A stretch of 28,604 bases of DNA from NCBI GenBank assembly GCA_037442745.1, contig JBBIPP010000015.1, positions 1 through 28,604 of the forward strand, given 5' to 3'. Under the pieces are notes generated by a model. The model made no database searches and was not told the DNA's origin. It saw only the letters and a list, made by a program, of their open reading frames with translations. Of this stretch, positions 7,324 through 16,468 are shown in pieces. Source of the stretch: an archaeon. Lineage in GTDB: Archaea > SpSt-1190 > DYHY01. Each line of letters begins with the position of its first letter. Within the stretch, counting starts at the first letter, position 1. The position numbers and the translations under genes were made by a program.

Positions 7324-9027
7324 ATGGGCAAAAAGTCGAGGGAAAAGATTGAAGCCAGGAAGTTCGCAGTCGAGAAAGTTTCAGAAGAAGGTCCCTTTTA
7401 TCTCTCAATACACTCCCTCCACGGAACGAACATTGGAGAGGGGACTGCTGTAAGGTATGACCTCTACAATTCCTTTGGGGAAAAGATTTACACAGTCCAG
7501 GAGGACGCAGGAATCGGGTTCTCCGACATGGGAGGAGGTGGAGCTTCCGGAGGCTTCCGAGGGGATGTTGACCTGATCCTAGTGACACACACCCATAACG
7601 ATCACATAAACGGCTTCACCAAACTTGTGGATGCCTGCAAGAGGAACGGCAAAAATCCCCAGGTAATACTCGGGAACGAGGCATATTCTGTAATGGCGCC
7701 AGTCCTAATGGACAACATTTCCGTCAGGAAAAAGCGCCATGAGCTCGAAGGCAATAAATATGACGACGAAAAGAGGACAATAAGGCGGCTGTTTCCCGGA
7801 AGAATACAGGAGAATTCCAGCAGGAAGGGCGCGGGAAAAAGGCAGGGGAAATATTGGAAGGAAGCGGAGGAAATAGATTCCGGCACAAGCTACCTTCCGT
7901 TCAGGAAAATAGGCAACAACGAGAAGATTCGCTTCGGTCCGGGAGGAGTCCACTCAGTCAAGGCATTCGCAGGGCCGAAGGGGCTCGAGCACCTTCCGGG
8001 AACGAGATATTACAAGCTTATTTTTTTCGAGGGCACAAAAAACGAGATATCGGTCTCAACCCTCTTTGACTTTTACGCGGAAAGCACAGGAAACAGGGAA
8101 AGGGATTCCAAAAAACAACCCTTCCTTAGGGCGCTTTCCGGCTCTGACGCCCTGATAATTGAGGGGACGACCGCATACAAGACGGAAGGAGCAAAGACAA
8201 GGGCTGAGCGCGAGCAGGAACTTGTGAAAACTTTGGCCGAGACTGTCCGGGAAGGGAAAAAGTACATTGTCCTTCCGGCGTTCGCCCAAGGAAGGGCGCC
8301 GTCCATTCTCGATTCAATTGACGCGGCATGCGAACTGGCAGGCCTTGACAGGGGGCAGTATGAGATAAATTATTTGGGCAAACTTTCAACGAACTTGATT
8401 ACTTGCGAAGGCAGTCCCTATGCAAGGCACAGGCCGGAAATAAAGAAAGCCCAGAAGAAAATTGGCTGGAAATATGGAAGCGACAAAGGCTCGAACAAGA
8501 TACATTTCGTTGTCGCAACCTCCGGCTTCTGCCTTAAGAACACTGCATCCGAGAGCCACCTTGGAAAAGCGCTAGAAATTGACAAAGGCGTCGTAATATT
8601 GACATCCGACTATGCTCCGCCCTCAAGTCCGCTACGGGAAATACTCGATGACACCTCTCCAGAAGGCTTTCTGGGGACTGGAAAAGTTAGGGTTGTCTCC
8701 CAGACAGGGCATCCGGGCCCTGGAGGATATTCCCTCGCAGTCGACCTTGCCCGCCCGAAGAAGGGAGGCGCTCTCGTTTTGGTCCATTCCGGGCCTGAGG
8801 CAATCCCCTCTTTCACGGAAATTGTTTCAGGTCAGGGACATTCCCCCGTGCCTCCACTTTCCGCTGGGCAGAAATACTTACTCCAGAGCAGTCCGGAAAC
8901 TTGCCTATATCTCGGGTCGAGGAGCGAGACATTGGTAATAGGCTCTGATGGCGCGCGCGCACAGTCGTCGAGCCTGTTTGTCCCGGAAACTGTCAGAATT
9001 CTTTCCGGAATGGCCAATTCTCGCTGA
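7324..9027 (+). CDS. Divergent MBL-fold beta-CASP family nuclease (CPSF73/YSH1-like)
   Basis: EDAG, THTHNDH (HxHxDH), EHLPG, LFDF, LIIEGT, PAFAQGRA, ATSGF, QTGHPG and LVHSG occur in canonical beta-CASP order. Confidence 0.8.
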   Translation: MGKKSREKIEARKFAVEKVSEEGPFYLSIHSLHGTNIGEGTAVRYDLYNSFGEKIYTVQEDAGIGFSDMGGGGASGGFRGDVDLILVTHTHNDHINGFTKLVDACKRNGKNPQVILGNEAYSVMAPVLMDNISVRKKRHELEGNKYDDEKRTIRRLFPGRIQENSSRKGAGKRQGKYWKEAEEIDSGTSYLPFRKIGNNEKIRFGPGGVHSVKAFAGPKGLEHLPGTRYYKLIFFEGTKNEISVSTLFDFYAESTGNRERDSKKQPFLRALSGSDALIIEGTTAYKTEGAKTRAEREQELVKTLAETVREGKKYIVLPAFAQGRAPSILDSIDAACELAGLDRGQYEINYLGKLSTNLITCEGSPYARHRPEIKKAQKKIGWKYGSDKGSNKIHFVVATSGFCLKNTASESHLGKALEIDKGVVILTSDYAPPSSPLREILDDTSPEGFLGTGKVRVVSQTGHPGPGGYSLAVDLARPKKGGALVLVHSGPEAIPSFTEIVSGQGHSPVPPLSAGQKYLLQSSPETCLYLGSRSETLVIGSDGARAQSSSLFVPETVRILSGMANSR

Positions 9028-9099
9028 AAACCCGGAATTTCCGCGTTAAAAGGGGAGAACAATCACGCTTTTAAACCCTCGAACAATTGCTAAAACGGG

Positions 9100-10248
9100 A
9101 TGGTCGACAAATCATCTTCCACTCAGGGACAAGCAATAGGTCCGGAGGCCCAACCTCCACTGCCGGAAGCTCAGGCTCCGGTTGAAAAACCAAAGGAAGC
9201 CAAAAAACGGGCTCCGAGGAAGAAAAAGGAAGATTCCCAATCCCCTTCCGAAAAAAAGCCCCGGGCGAAAAAGGAAGCTCTTTCCCAAGATTCCAAAGAC
9301 AAAGCCGAAGGGCAAGCCGAAGGGCAAGCCGAAGGGCAAGCCGAGAAAAAACAGTTCCCCCGCGAAGAGCAAAAGTTCGAAATACCCGACCTCCCGAAAG
9401 ACAAATCAGAGCTTCAACAAGTGTTCTTCAACGAAAAGCGCAAGCGCGACGAATCAAACACCAAAATAAGGGAGCTGATAGGCGAGCTGCGCCTTCTCCG
9501 GGATGAGCGGGACAAGATAAATTCCGAGATTTCCCAATTGAAAAACAGCAGGAACGAGAGCAGGAAAAAGGGAAGGGAAGTCCTGAAACGGGCGAAAAAC
9601 ATCAGGGAAATTGTGAAAACTGTCCAGATTCCAAGAGGCCTTCCTTCAGAGGCAATTGCCAGGCAGATTAGGGAACTGGATTTCAGGTATCAGACAACAA
9701 CAATTCCCTTCGCTGAAGAGAAAAGAATTGTCAAGAAAATAGAGGAACTGAAAAAACTCTACCGCGCAAAGCGGATAATTGAGACTAGCAGGAAGAACCT
9801 GAACAACCTGTCCGGCCAGGTGGACGACCTTTTCTCGGAATCGGACGACCTCCACAAGCAAATAATTGAAAAGGCGGCCAAGTCGGAAGCGACTCACACC
9901 CTCTACATCCAGAAAATAAAGGAAATAGAAGCCCTCCGGAAGAAATCGAACCAGGCGCATTTCAATGTAATCTACTATGCTAGGGCGCTCGGCGACACGA
10001 AGGAATTGGAAGAGGAGGAGAGAAAGCAGAAGCGGGCCGAGCAGATTGTCGAGAACGAAAAGCTCATGAAGGAGCGCGCGGAAGGGGTCAAAGCAACCGT
10101 TGCCGCGATCGCGACATCCACTTCCGGCAAGAAGAGCTTCAATTTCAGGGACCTACAGGTTTTGGGAGCAGTAGGGGAGGATTTCAGCCTTGAGAAAATT
10201 GCCAAGAGCGCGGAAGAGTCAGCGGAAAAAAAGCCCAGCAGGGATTAG
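9100..10248 (+). CDS. Archaeal long coiled-coil protein (COG1340-like) with low-complexity N-terminus
   Basis: Heptad-rich body, RDESNTKIRELI...RDKINSEI, and LDFRYQTTTIPFAEEKRIVKKIEELKK; CTTTTAAAC box about 25-30 nt upstream. Confidence 0.75.
   Translation: MVDKSSSTQGQAIGPEAQPPLPEAQAPVEKPKEAKKRAPRKKKEDSQSPSEKKPRAKKEALSQDSKDKAEGQAEGQAEGQAEKKQFPREEQKFEIPDLPKDKSELQQVFFNEKRKRDESNTKIRELIGELRLLRDERDKINSEISQLKNSRNESRKKGREVLKRAKNIREIVKTVQIPRGLPSEAIARQIRELDFRYQTTTIPFAEEKRIVKKIEELKKLYRAKRIIETSRKNLNNLSGQVDDLFSESDDLHKQIIEKAAKSEATHTLYIQKIKEIEALRKKSNQAHFNVIYYARALGDTKELEEEERKQKRAEQIVENEKLMKERAEGVKATVAAIATSTSGKKSFNFRDLQVLGAVGEDFSLEKIAKSAEESAEKKPSRD
9302..9344 (+). repeat. In-frame 12-bp tandem repeat GCCGAAGGGCAA x3.5 (AEGQ)
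   Basis: Read directly. Confidence 0.95.
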
Positions 10249-10876
10249 GGCAGTAATCTTCGACCTTGACGGCGTTCTTGTCAATAGCGAAAGCGTTTTT
10301 GCCCGGATTGTCGGGAGGTTTCTCAGGAAAGAATACAAAATCTCCCTGACAAAGGAGGACTTGTCGAACGCAACGGGAATGTCGGATGAGGGCCTCTTCA
10401 ATTACATTCTTTGCAAATACAAAATAGCGGTTGACCCGGAGAAATACAAGGGGGTTGCCTGGAAATACTTCAGGGAGAGGAAGCGCCTTCCCAGGACCAA
10501 AAACGCCCTGCGGACAGTCAGGAGCCTCTCCCGGAAATTCCCGCTAGCAGTTGCGTCTTCTTCCTATTATTGGTATGTGGAAAAGTTCCTCAGGAAAGAG
10601 GGCTTTCTGAAATACCTAAAATTCTGCCTAGGCCGGGAGAACGTGAGGAAGGCGAAACCCTCTCCAGAAATATACATTCTTGCGGCAAAGAGGCTGGGAA
10701 TCCCGCCCGAGAACTGCCTCGTTATTGAGGATTCTTTCCCCGGAATATCCGCAGCAAAGCGCGCTGGGATGACTTGCTTTGCCCTGAAAGGCTCCCACAA
10801 TCCTGCCGGAATAGACTGCTCGAAAGCCGACCGCGTGATTTCCGACCTTTCAGAGATAATTGAGCTTCTTTCCTGA
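10190..10876 (+). CDS. HAD-superfamily phosphatase (beta-PGM/CbbY-like); start uncertain
   Basis: IFDLDGVL, VASSS, KPSPEIY, IEDSFPGISAAKRAGM. The only canonical start before motif I is TTG 10190, with GGAGG 9 nt upstream. Confidence 0.9.
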   Translation: MRKLPRARKSQRKKSPAGIRAVIFDLDGVLVNSESVFARIVGRFLRKEYKISLTKEDLSNATGMSDEGLFNYILCKYKIAVDPEKYKGVAWKYFRERKRLPRTKNALRTVRSLSRKFPLAVASSSYYWYVEKFLRKEGFLKYLKFCLGRENVRKAKPSPEIYILAAKRLGIPPENCLVIEDSFPGISAAKRAGMTCFALKGSHNPAGIDCSKADRVISDLSEIIELLS

Positions 10877-10912
10877 AAAACCTATTTAACCATTGGCTGG
10901 CATATTCCTCGC

Positions 10913-11194
10913 ATGGGAAACCTAGTCAACAAAATCCAGCTTCCCATAAAGTGCTCGAAATGTGGGAACAAAATTTTCCGCGCGCAGTACACAGCCCCCT
11001 TTGACAGGAACCTACATTCCCTCGATTATTGCGCCGAATGCGACAAGGAGCGGGAATACAAGCTGATGAAGGAAATGGATGCCGAAAGGTCGGTGAACCT
11101 CAGGAACAAGAACCTAGCGTCAGTCGCCCTGATACTAGCAATAGTCGCCCTTGTCCTGTTAATCCTTTCCCAGTTGGGTTTCCTGAATATGTGA
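10913..11194 (+). CDS. Small Zn-ribbon protein with C-terminal TM helix
   Basis: CSKC...CAEC and a hydrophobic C-terminal segment; own TATA-like CTATTTAAC at ~10882-10890. Confidence 0.75.
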   Translation: MGNLVNKIQLPIKCSKCGNKIFRAQYTAPFDRNLHSLDYCAECDKEREYKLMKEMDAERSVNLRNKNLASVALILAIVALVLLILSQLGFLNM

Positions 11195-11241
11195 AAATAG
11201 AAACATTTTAAGCCCGAGATGCCGGGCGCTTCTTGAGCGAA

Positions 11242-13674
11242 ATGGCAGAAGAAAAAGACGCAATAATTGACACTTCCCCGGCCGAAAGTTCCCAATGGTC
11301 AATCTCTGAGAACAGATGGGACCCGAAGCTTGAGGCAGTCGTTTTCAGGGTATGGGATTCGGAGAGGACGTTCCAGTTCAAGCGCATTCCGGGAAGGAAA
11401 ATCTGGACAATTGACACGCCTCCTCCCTATGCCTCCGGAACCTGGCATTTCGGGGGAGCTGTCCACTATTCCAGCATTGACATAATTGCCCGCTACAAGA
11501 GGATGAAGGGCTTTTCAGTCAACTACATGATGGGAATTGACCGAAACGGCCTTCCGATAGAGGTGCAGACGGAGAAAGAGTACAAAATACGGATGTATGA
11601 GACTGACAGGAATCACTTCCTCTCCCTCTGCAAAGCCCTCCTAGACAAGTATGAGACAGAGATTCTAAGGGTTTGCAAAAAGCTCGGTTGCTCGAACAAT
11701 TCGCTCGAGCCGACAGGAGTCTATAGGACCGACTCTCCGGAATACAGAGCAGTCACTCAGGCGACATTCATTGAAATGTGGAAAAAGGGCTTGGTCTATC
11801 AGGACGACCGCCCGAACAACTGGTGCACTGACTGCGGGACAACAATAGCTGACGCCGAAATAGAGTACAAGGACAAGGAGTCAACCCTCCTCCACCTGAG
11901 TTTCCAGGTGAAAGATTCGGGCGAGAAATTGACAATAGCAACATCTAGGCCCGAACTGATATGCTCGTGCGCCTGCGTTCTTGTCCATCCGGAAGACGAG
12001 AGATACAAAAAATTCCACGGCAAAAAACTAATAACCCCGATTTTCGGAAAAGAGGTCGAGATAATTGCCAATCCGGAGGCTTCAATTGAGTTCGGAACGG
12101 GCGCGGTAATGATATGCAGTTTCGGGGACTATACAGATGTCCGCCTTTTCAGGAGCCGCGGGCTCCCGGTGACAAAGGCAATATCGCCGGACGGGAAAAT
12201 GACTGATGCTGCCGGGCAGTATTCCGGCCTGAGAATCGGAAAAGCTAGGAAGGCAATAACTGACGACCTTGAAAAGCAAGGGTATGTCGTAAAGTCGGAA
12301 AAAATCGTGCACAGGGAGCCCGTCTGCTGGCGTAGCAAGACCCCAATAGAGTTTGTCTCAATGCCCGAATTCTATCTCAGGCAGAAGGACTATGTTGAGA
12401 GCATTCTCGCATCCTCAATGGGAATAAGGTTCCACCCAGAATCATCCCGCCAGATACTCGAGGACTGGCTCGCGTCAGTGACGCTAGACTGGCCAATCTC
12501 GAGGAGGCGCTATTACGGAACCGAGATCCCAATCTGGTACTGCCAGTCATGCGGTGAGGCGGTTCTCCCGGAGCCAGGAAAATACTACCAGCCCTGGAAG
12601 GAGCCCTGTCCTGTGAAGGAATGCCCAAAATGCAGGGGCGCAGAATTCTCTGGCGAGAAGAGGACTTTTGACACCTGGTTTGACTCGAGCATATCGGAAC
12701 TCGTTGTCACCGGATACTCAAAGGATCCCGAGCTTTTCAAAGAGTCCTTCCCTGTCTCCGTTCGTCCCCAAGGGAAAGACATTGTCAGGACCTGGCTATA
12801 CTACACCCTTCTTCGGGCGTACCTCCTCTTCGAAAAGCCAGCGTTCGAGCATGTCTGGATTTCTGGGCACGGTGTCGATGAAAAGGGCGAGAAAATGTCG
12901 AAATCTGTCGGAAACGTTGTAATGCCAGAACCAATAATTGACCGCTATGGAGCGGACGCTTTCAGGTTCTTTGCCTCAAGCGAAGCGCTTCTAGGGAGCG
13001 ATCTCCGGTTTTCGGAGGAAAGGCTTTCCGGCTCCGCCAAATTCATACAAAAACTCTACAACATTTCCAAGTTCATCTCCGGCTTTCCGAAAGTTGACAT
13101 AGCTCCTGAGAATCTCGAGCCAGCTGACGAATGGATTTTGGGCGAGCTGGATTCGACAGTCTCGGAAGCTGAGAAGGGGTATGAGAATCTCGACTTTTTC
13201 ACACCAGCAACGAAAATAAGGGCGTTCGCATGGGACTTATTTGCCAGCCACTATCTTGAACTTGTCAAGGGAAGGGCATACAACAGGGACGGTAAGTTTT
13301 CAGAGAGCGCCCAGAAATCTGCGCACCACACGCTTCACAAGTGCCTGCGGACAATACTTTTGCTCTCCGCCCCGATATCCCCGTTCGTCACCGAGTACTG
13401 CTGGAGGGCTCTTCAGTATTCGAGAGGCTCAATCCACCTGGAGAGCTTCCCCGAGAGCGAGGGCAAATACGAGAGGAAACCCGGCGTATCCGATGCCCTT
13501 GTCGAATTCAACAAGCTTTGCTGGAAAACGAAGAAAGACGCCCAGAAATCAATGAAAGACCCGCTTGAGCACGCCGTCTGTCCGGAGGAAATCGCAGTCT
13601 TCGGGGCGGATCTTGTCGCAATGCACAACATTTCAAATCTCAGGGAAGGCAGGTTTTCGTCTGCAGGGATCTAG
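11242..13674 (+). CDS. valS: Valyl-tRNA synthetase (archaeal type)
   Basis: DTPPPY...WHFGG (HIGH equivalent), GTGAVMICSFGD editing segment, DWPISRRRYYG, RPQGKDIVRTW, KMSKS; start taken at ATG 11242. Confidence 0.96.
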   Translation: MAEEKDAIIDTSPAESSQWSISENRWDPKLEAVVFRVWDSERTFQFKRIPGRKIWTIDTPPPYASGTWHFGGAVHYSSIDIIARYKRMKGFSVNYMMGIDRNGLPIEVQTEKEYKIRMYETDRNHFLSLCKALLDKYETEILRVCKKLGCSNNSLEPTGVYRTDSPEYRAVTQATFIEMWKKGLVYQDDRPNNWCTDCGTTIADAEIEYKDKESTLLHLSFQVKDSGEKLTIATSRPELICSCACVLVHPEDERYKKFHGKKLITPIFGKEVEIIANPEASIEFGTGAVMICSFGDYTDVRLFRSRGLPVTKAISPDGKMTDAAGQYSGLRIGKARKAITDDLEKQGYVVKSEKIVHREPVCWRSKTPIEFVSMPEFYLRQKDYVESILASSMGIRFHPESSRQILEDWLASVTLDWPISRRRYYGTEIPIWYCQSCGEAVLPEPGKYYQPWKEPCPVKECPKCRGAEFSGEKRTFDTWFDSSISELVVTGYSKDPELFKESFPVSVRPQGKDIVRTWLYYTLLRAYLLFEKPAFEHVWISGHGVDEKGEKMSKSVGNVVMPEPIIDRYGADAFRFFASSEALLGSDLRFSEERLSGSAKFIQKLYNISKFISGFPKVDIAPENLEPADEWILGELDSTVSEAEKGYENLDFFTPATKIRAFAWDLFASHYLELVKGRAYNRDGKFSESAQKSAHHTLHKCLRTILLLSAPISPFVTEYCWRALQYSRGSIHLESFPESEGKYERKPGVSDALVEFNKLCWKTKKDAQKSMKDPLEHAVCPEEIAVFGADLVAMHNISNLREGRFSSAGI

Positions 13675-13714
13675 CGCAATTGGTTTGAAGGAGACAAAGG
13701 AGGTAGTCTGAAAA

Positions 13715-14944
13715 ATGGGTCTTGAAATGTTCGAATTCAAAAAACATTTGAAAGAGCTAGCCGGAAAGAGGGCCCGCCACACTGAGCTGATAACAGTATA
13801 TGTCCCGCCGGGAACGGAGTTGGCAAAGGTAATTGGCCAACTGAAGGAGGAGCAAGGGACTGCGACCAACATAAAGTCAACAGCAACAAGGAAGAACGTC
13901 CAGACCGCTCTCGAGCGGATGATTCAGCACCTCCGCCTCTTCAAGGAGGTCCCGGAGCACGGCCTTGCGGTTTTCTCGGGGAACACTTCCGAAAAGGAAG
14001 GGCGGGACAATTTCGAGATATTCTCAATAATTCCCCCGCGTCCCCTGAAAACAAGGACCTACCTATGCGAGCAAAAGTTCTTCCTCGACCCCCTCTTCGA
14101 GATGGCTGAACACAGCGAAGTCTATGGTCTGATAGTGGTTGAGCTAGGGGGTGCGGCAATCGGCCTTCTCAAGGGGAACGCCATAGAATTCGTCCAGGAA
14201 GTCAAGTCAATTGTCCCGGGGAAATTCAGGGCAGGCGGGCAGTCCTCAGTACGGTTCGCCCATGTCAGGGAGAATCTGGCAAACGACTTTTTCAAGGAAG
14301 TCGCGCAGGTCTCAAGGGGAATTTTCGAGAACACAAAGAACCTGAAAGGGATAATAATAGGCGGGGCCGGGCCGACAAAGGAGAGCTTTGCTAACGGGGA
14401 ATTCCTGACGCGCGAACTCCGAGCCATTGTCCTCGGGATAAAGGACATCGGAACTGACGGGGAGGCGGGCCTCAGGGAGCTTGTTGCGAGAAGCGAGGAT
14501 CTCCTTGCAACAGCGGAGATAACAAAGGAGCGGACCCTGATGAACGAGTTCCTACGAAGGCTTGCGACAGGGGGCCTAGTCTCCTACGGGGAGGCGGAGA
14601 CACGGAGGGCAATTGAACTGAACGCAGTCGAAACACTTCTGATATCAGACAAAATCGAGCGCATGAGAATATCAGTAAAGTGCTCCAACACCTCCTGCGA
14701 TTTTGCAAAGGAGACGACAATTGACACTAACATTGATTCATATTACTTTAAATTGAGGAACGAGCAGTGCCCGAAATGCCAATCAAGTCTTGAGATTTCA
14801 GGCAAGAAAGACATTATTGAGGAGTTGGCGGAGACAATGCAAGTCCGTGGAGGGGCGGTCGAACTAATCTCTTCAGGGACTCCTGAAGGGGAACAGCTCT
14901 TCAACCTCGGGGGAATTGCGGCTCTCCTGAGATACCGGATATAG
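13715..14944 (+). CDS. prf1: Peptide chain release factor aRF1
   Basis: TATNIKS, YLCEQKF and AGGQS motifs, C-domain Zn ribbon, GGIAALLRY; SD AGGAGGT upstream. Confidence 0.98.
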   Translation: MGLEMFEFKKHLKELAGKRARHTELITVYVPPGTELAKVIGQLKEEQGTATNIKSTATRKNVQTALERMIQHLRLFKEVPEHGLAVFSGNTSEKEGRDNFEIFSIIPPRPLKTRTYLCEQKFFLDPLFEMAEHSEVYGLIVVELGGAAIGLLKGNAIEFVQEVKSIVPGKFRAGGQSSVRFAHVRENLANDFFKEVAQVSRGIFENTKNLKGIIIGGAGPTKESFANGEFLTRELRAIVLGIKDIGTDGEAGLRELVARSEDLLATAEITKERTLMNEFLRRLATGGLVSYGEAETRRAIELNAVETLLISDKIERMRISVKCSNTSCDFAKETTIDTNIDSYYFKLRNEQCPKCQSSLEISGKKDIIEELAETMQVRGGAVELISSGTPEGEQLFNLGGIAALLRYRI

Positions 14945-14947
14945 GAA

Positions 14948-16201
14948 ATGGAGGGACTCGCAGAAAAGGCACGGGAGGAGATATTATGCTCTTCCGAGGG
15001 TAAGCGCATCTTTTCCGAATTCCCGGAGCTAGTCTTCCCAGACTATCGGAAGTTCTCAATTTCCAACATCGGCAATTCAATTCTTTCCTCTTTCGGATTG
15101 AAAGCGGGAAAGGGACGGGCGTTTGAAATTCCCCGTGCGGATTCCGGAAAAGTTGTCCTGATAGTAATTGACGGCCTTGGAGCGTCCCTCCTGAAAAGGG
15201 CTTTCCCGAAGATTTCCAAGAAGGCCGGGATATTGACGTCAGTCTTCCCCTCAACAACATCCTCCGCATACACCTCAATACTCAGGGGAGCCCCCCCTTC
15301 AGTCCACGGAATAACCGGATATTGGCAGAGGGATTCATCAGGGAATTTCGGGCAACTAGTGAAATACAAGAACCATCCGTTTTTCGAAAAGCTCTCACTC
15401 CCGAAAAATCCCGTGTCCTTGCTATTGGAGAATGGAGCGATTTGCGGAAAGCTTCTCTCGGAAAAAATACCTTGCACAACAATTGTCAAGAAGGAGTATG
15501 TCGGGCGGGAATTCTCGAAAATTCTCGGGAACCAGGATGAAGGCGTCTCGACTGTCCCTTTCTCAGGCTGTGCGAAAGACTTGGGTGACCAAATTTCCCG
15601 CGCAATCAAGGAGTCTCCAAAACAGGCATTCATAAGCGCTTATTATGACGGGGTTGATTCGGAGAGCCACTTGAAAGGGCCATATTCCCCGGAAGCTCTT
15701 GCCAAAGTCAGGAAGATTTTTCACTCGCTTAAAAGCGCCCTTTCGAATATCGGAAAGGAGACATTCGTTGCAATAACTGCGGACCACGGCCAGGTTCCGG
15801 TATTCAGGGAAAAAAACAGGCTATTTTATCGGAAAGACGAAAAGCTCGCCTCCCTCCTCTCAAGCCCCCCGGCAGGGGACAATAGAGCAGTCTATCTTTA
15901 TCCGAAAGAAGGATATGGAGATTCCCTCGGAAAGCATCTCTCGCGCTCGGAATTCTTCTCGCAGAATTTCGCAGTCTTTAGGTCAAAGGAGCTTGTTGAC
16001 GGAGGACTTTTCGGCCCAGTCCTGAAGAAAAACCGAAGGGAGCTTTATGCAAGGGTCGGGGAATTCGCGCTCCTCTCAAGGAACTCGTCCCAACTTGGCC
16101 ACACAGAGAAAGGAAGGCTTCTTGGGAACCACGGCTCGTTGACTGAGGAGGAAATATTTGTCCCCCTGATTGCAGGAGGAGCACGGGAGATTTTTCGATA
16201 A
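14948..16201 (+). CDS. Alkaline phosphatase superfamily nucleotide pyrophosphatase/phosphodiesterase
   Basis: VIDGLG, SVFPSTTSSA (Thr nucleophile), DSESH, ITADHG, GNHGSLTEEE. Confidence 0.9.
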   Translation: MEGLAEKAREEILCSSEGKRIFSEFPELVFPDYRKFSISNIGNSILSSFGLKAGKGRAFEIPRADSGKVVLIVIDGLGASLLKRAFPKISKKAGILTSVFPSTTSSAYTSILRGAPPSVHGITGYWQRDSSGNFGQLVKYKNHPFFEKLSLPKNPVSLLLENGAICGKLLSEKIPCTTIVKKEYVGREFSKILGNQDEGVSTVPFSGCAKDLGDQISRAIKESPKQAFISAYYDGVDSESHLKGPYSPEALAKVRKIFHSLKSALSNIGKETFVAITADHGQVPVFREKNRLFYRKDEKLASLLSSPPAGDNRAVYLYPKEGYGDSLGKHLSRSEFFSQNFAVFRSKELVDGGLFGPVLKKNRRELYARVGEFALLSRNSSQLGHTEKGRLLGNHGSLTEEEIFVPLIAGGAREIFR

Positions 16202-16259
16202 TTGCGTTCCAAGAAATAAAAAAACTCCGGACATTTTCATAATTCCATAACAATGTCGA

Positions 16260-16280
16260 CGGGGAAATTGGTAGCCCCGG
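16260..16280 (-). repeat. Direct repeat of the tRNA-Gln 3' end plus trailer
   Basis: CGGGGAAATTGGTAGCCCCGG (16260-16280) versus CGGGGAAAATTGGTAGCCCCGG (16339-16360), differing by a single A indel. Confidence 0.9.
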
Positions 16281-16348
16281 TCTCCCGTGTCTCCAGACAC
16301 GGACCTCGGCCAATGCCTCGGGATTCTTATTACTTGCCCGGGGAAAAT

Positions 16349-16424
16349 TGGTAGCCCCGGGCAGATTCGAACTGCCGTCCCGGGCTCCAAAGGCCCATAT
16401 CCTTGACCGCTAGACGACGGGGCT
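16349..16424 (-). tRNA. trnQ: tRNA-Gln(TTG), CCA encoded
   Basis: AGCCCCG...CGGGGCT ACCA, A1-U72 pair typical of archaeal tRNA-Gln, anticodon arm TGGGC-CT TTG GA-GCCCG, T arm GGCAG-TTCGAAT-CTGCC; TTATAAA box 27 nt upstream. Confidence 0.97.
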
Positions 16425-16468
16425 GTTAGTTCTGATTTGAGGAAATCCGGTTTATAATGTTTTAACAA

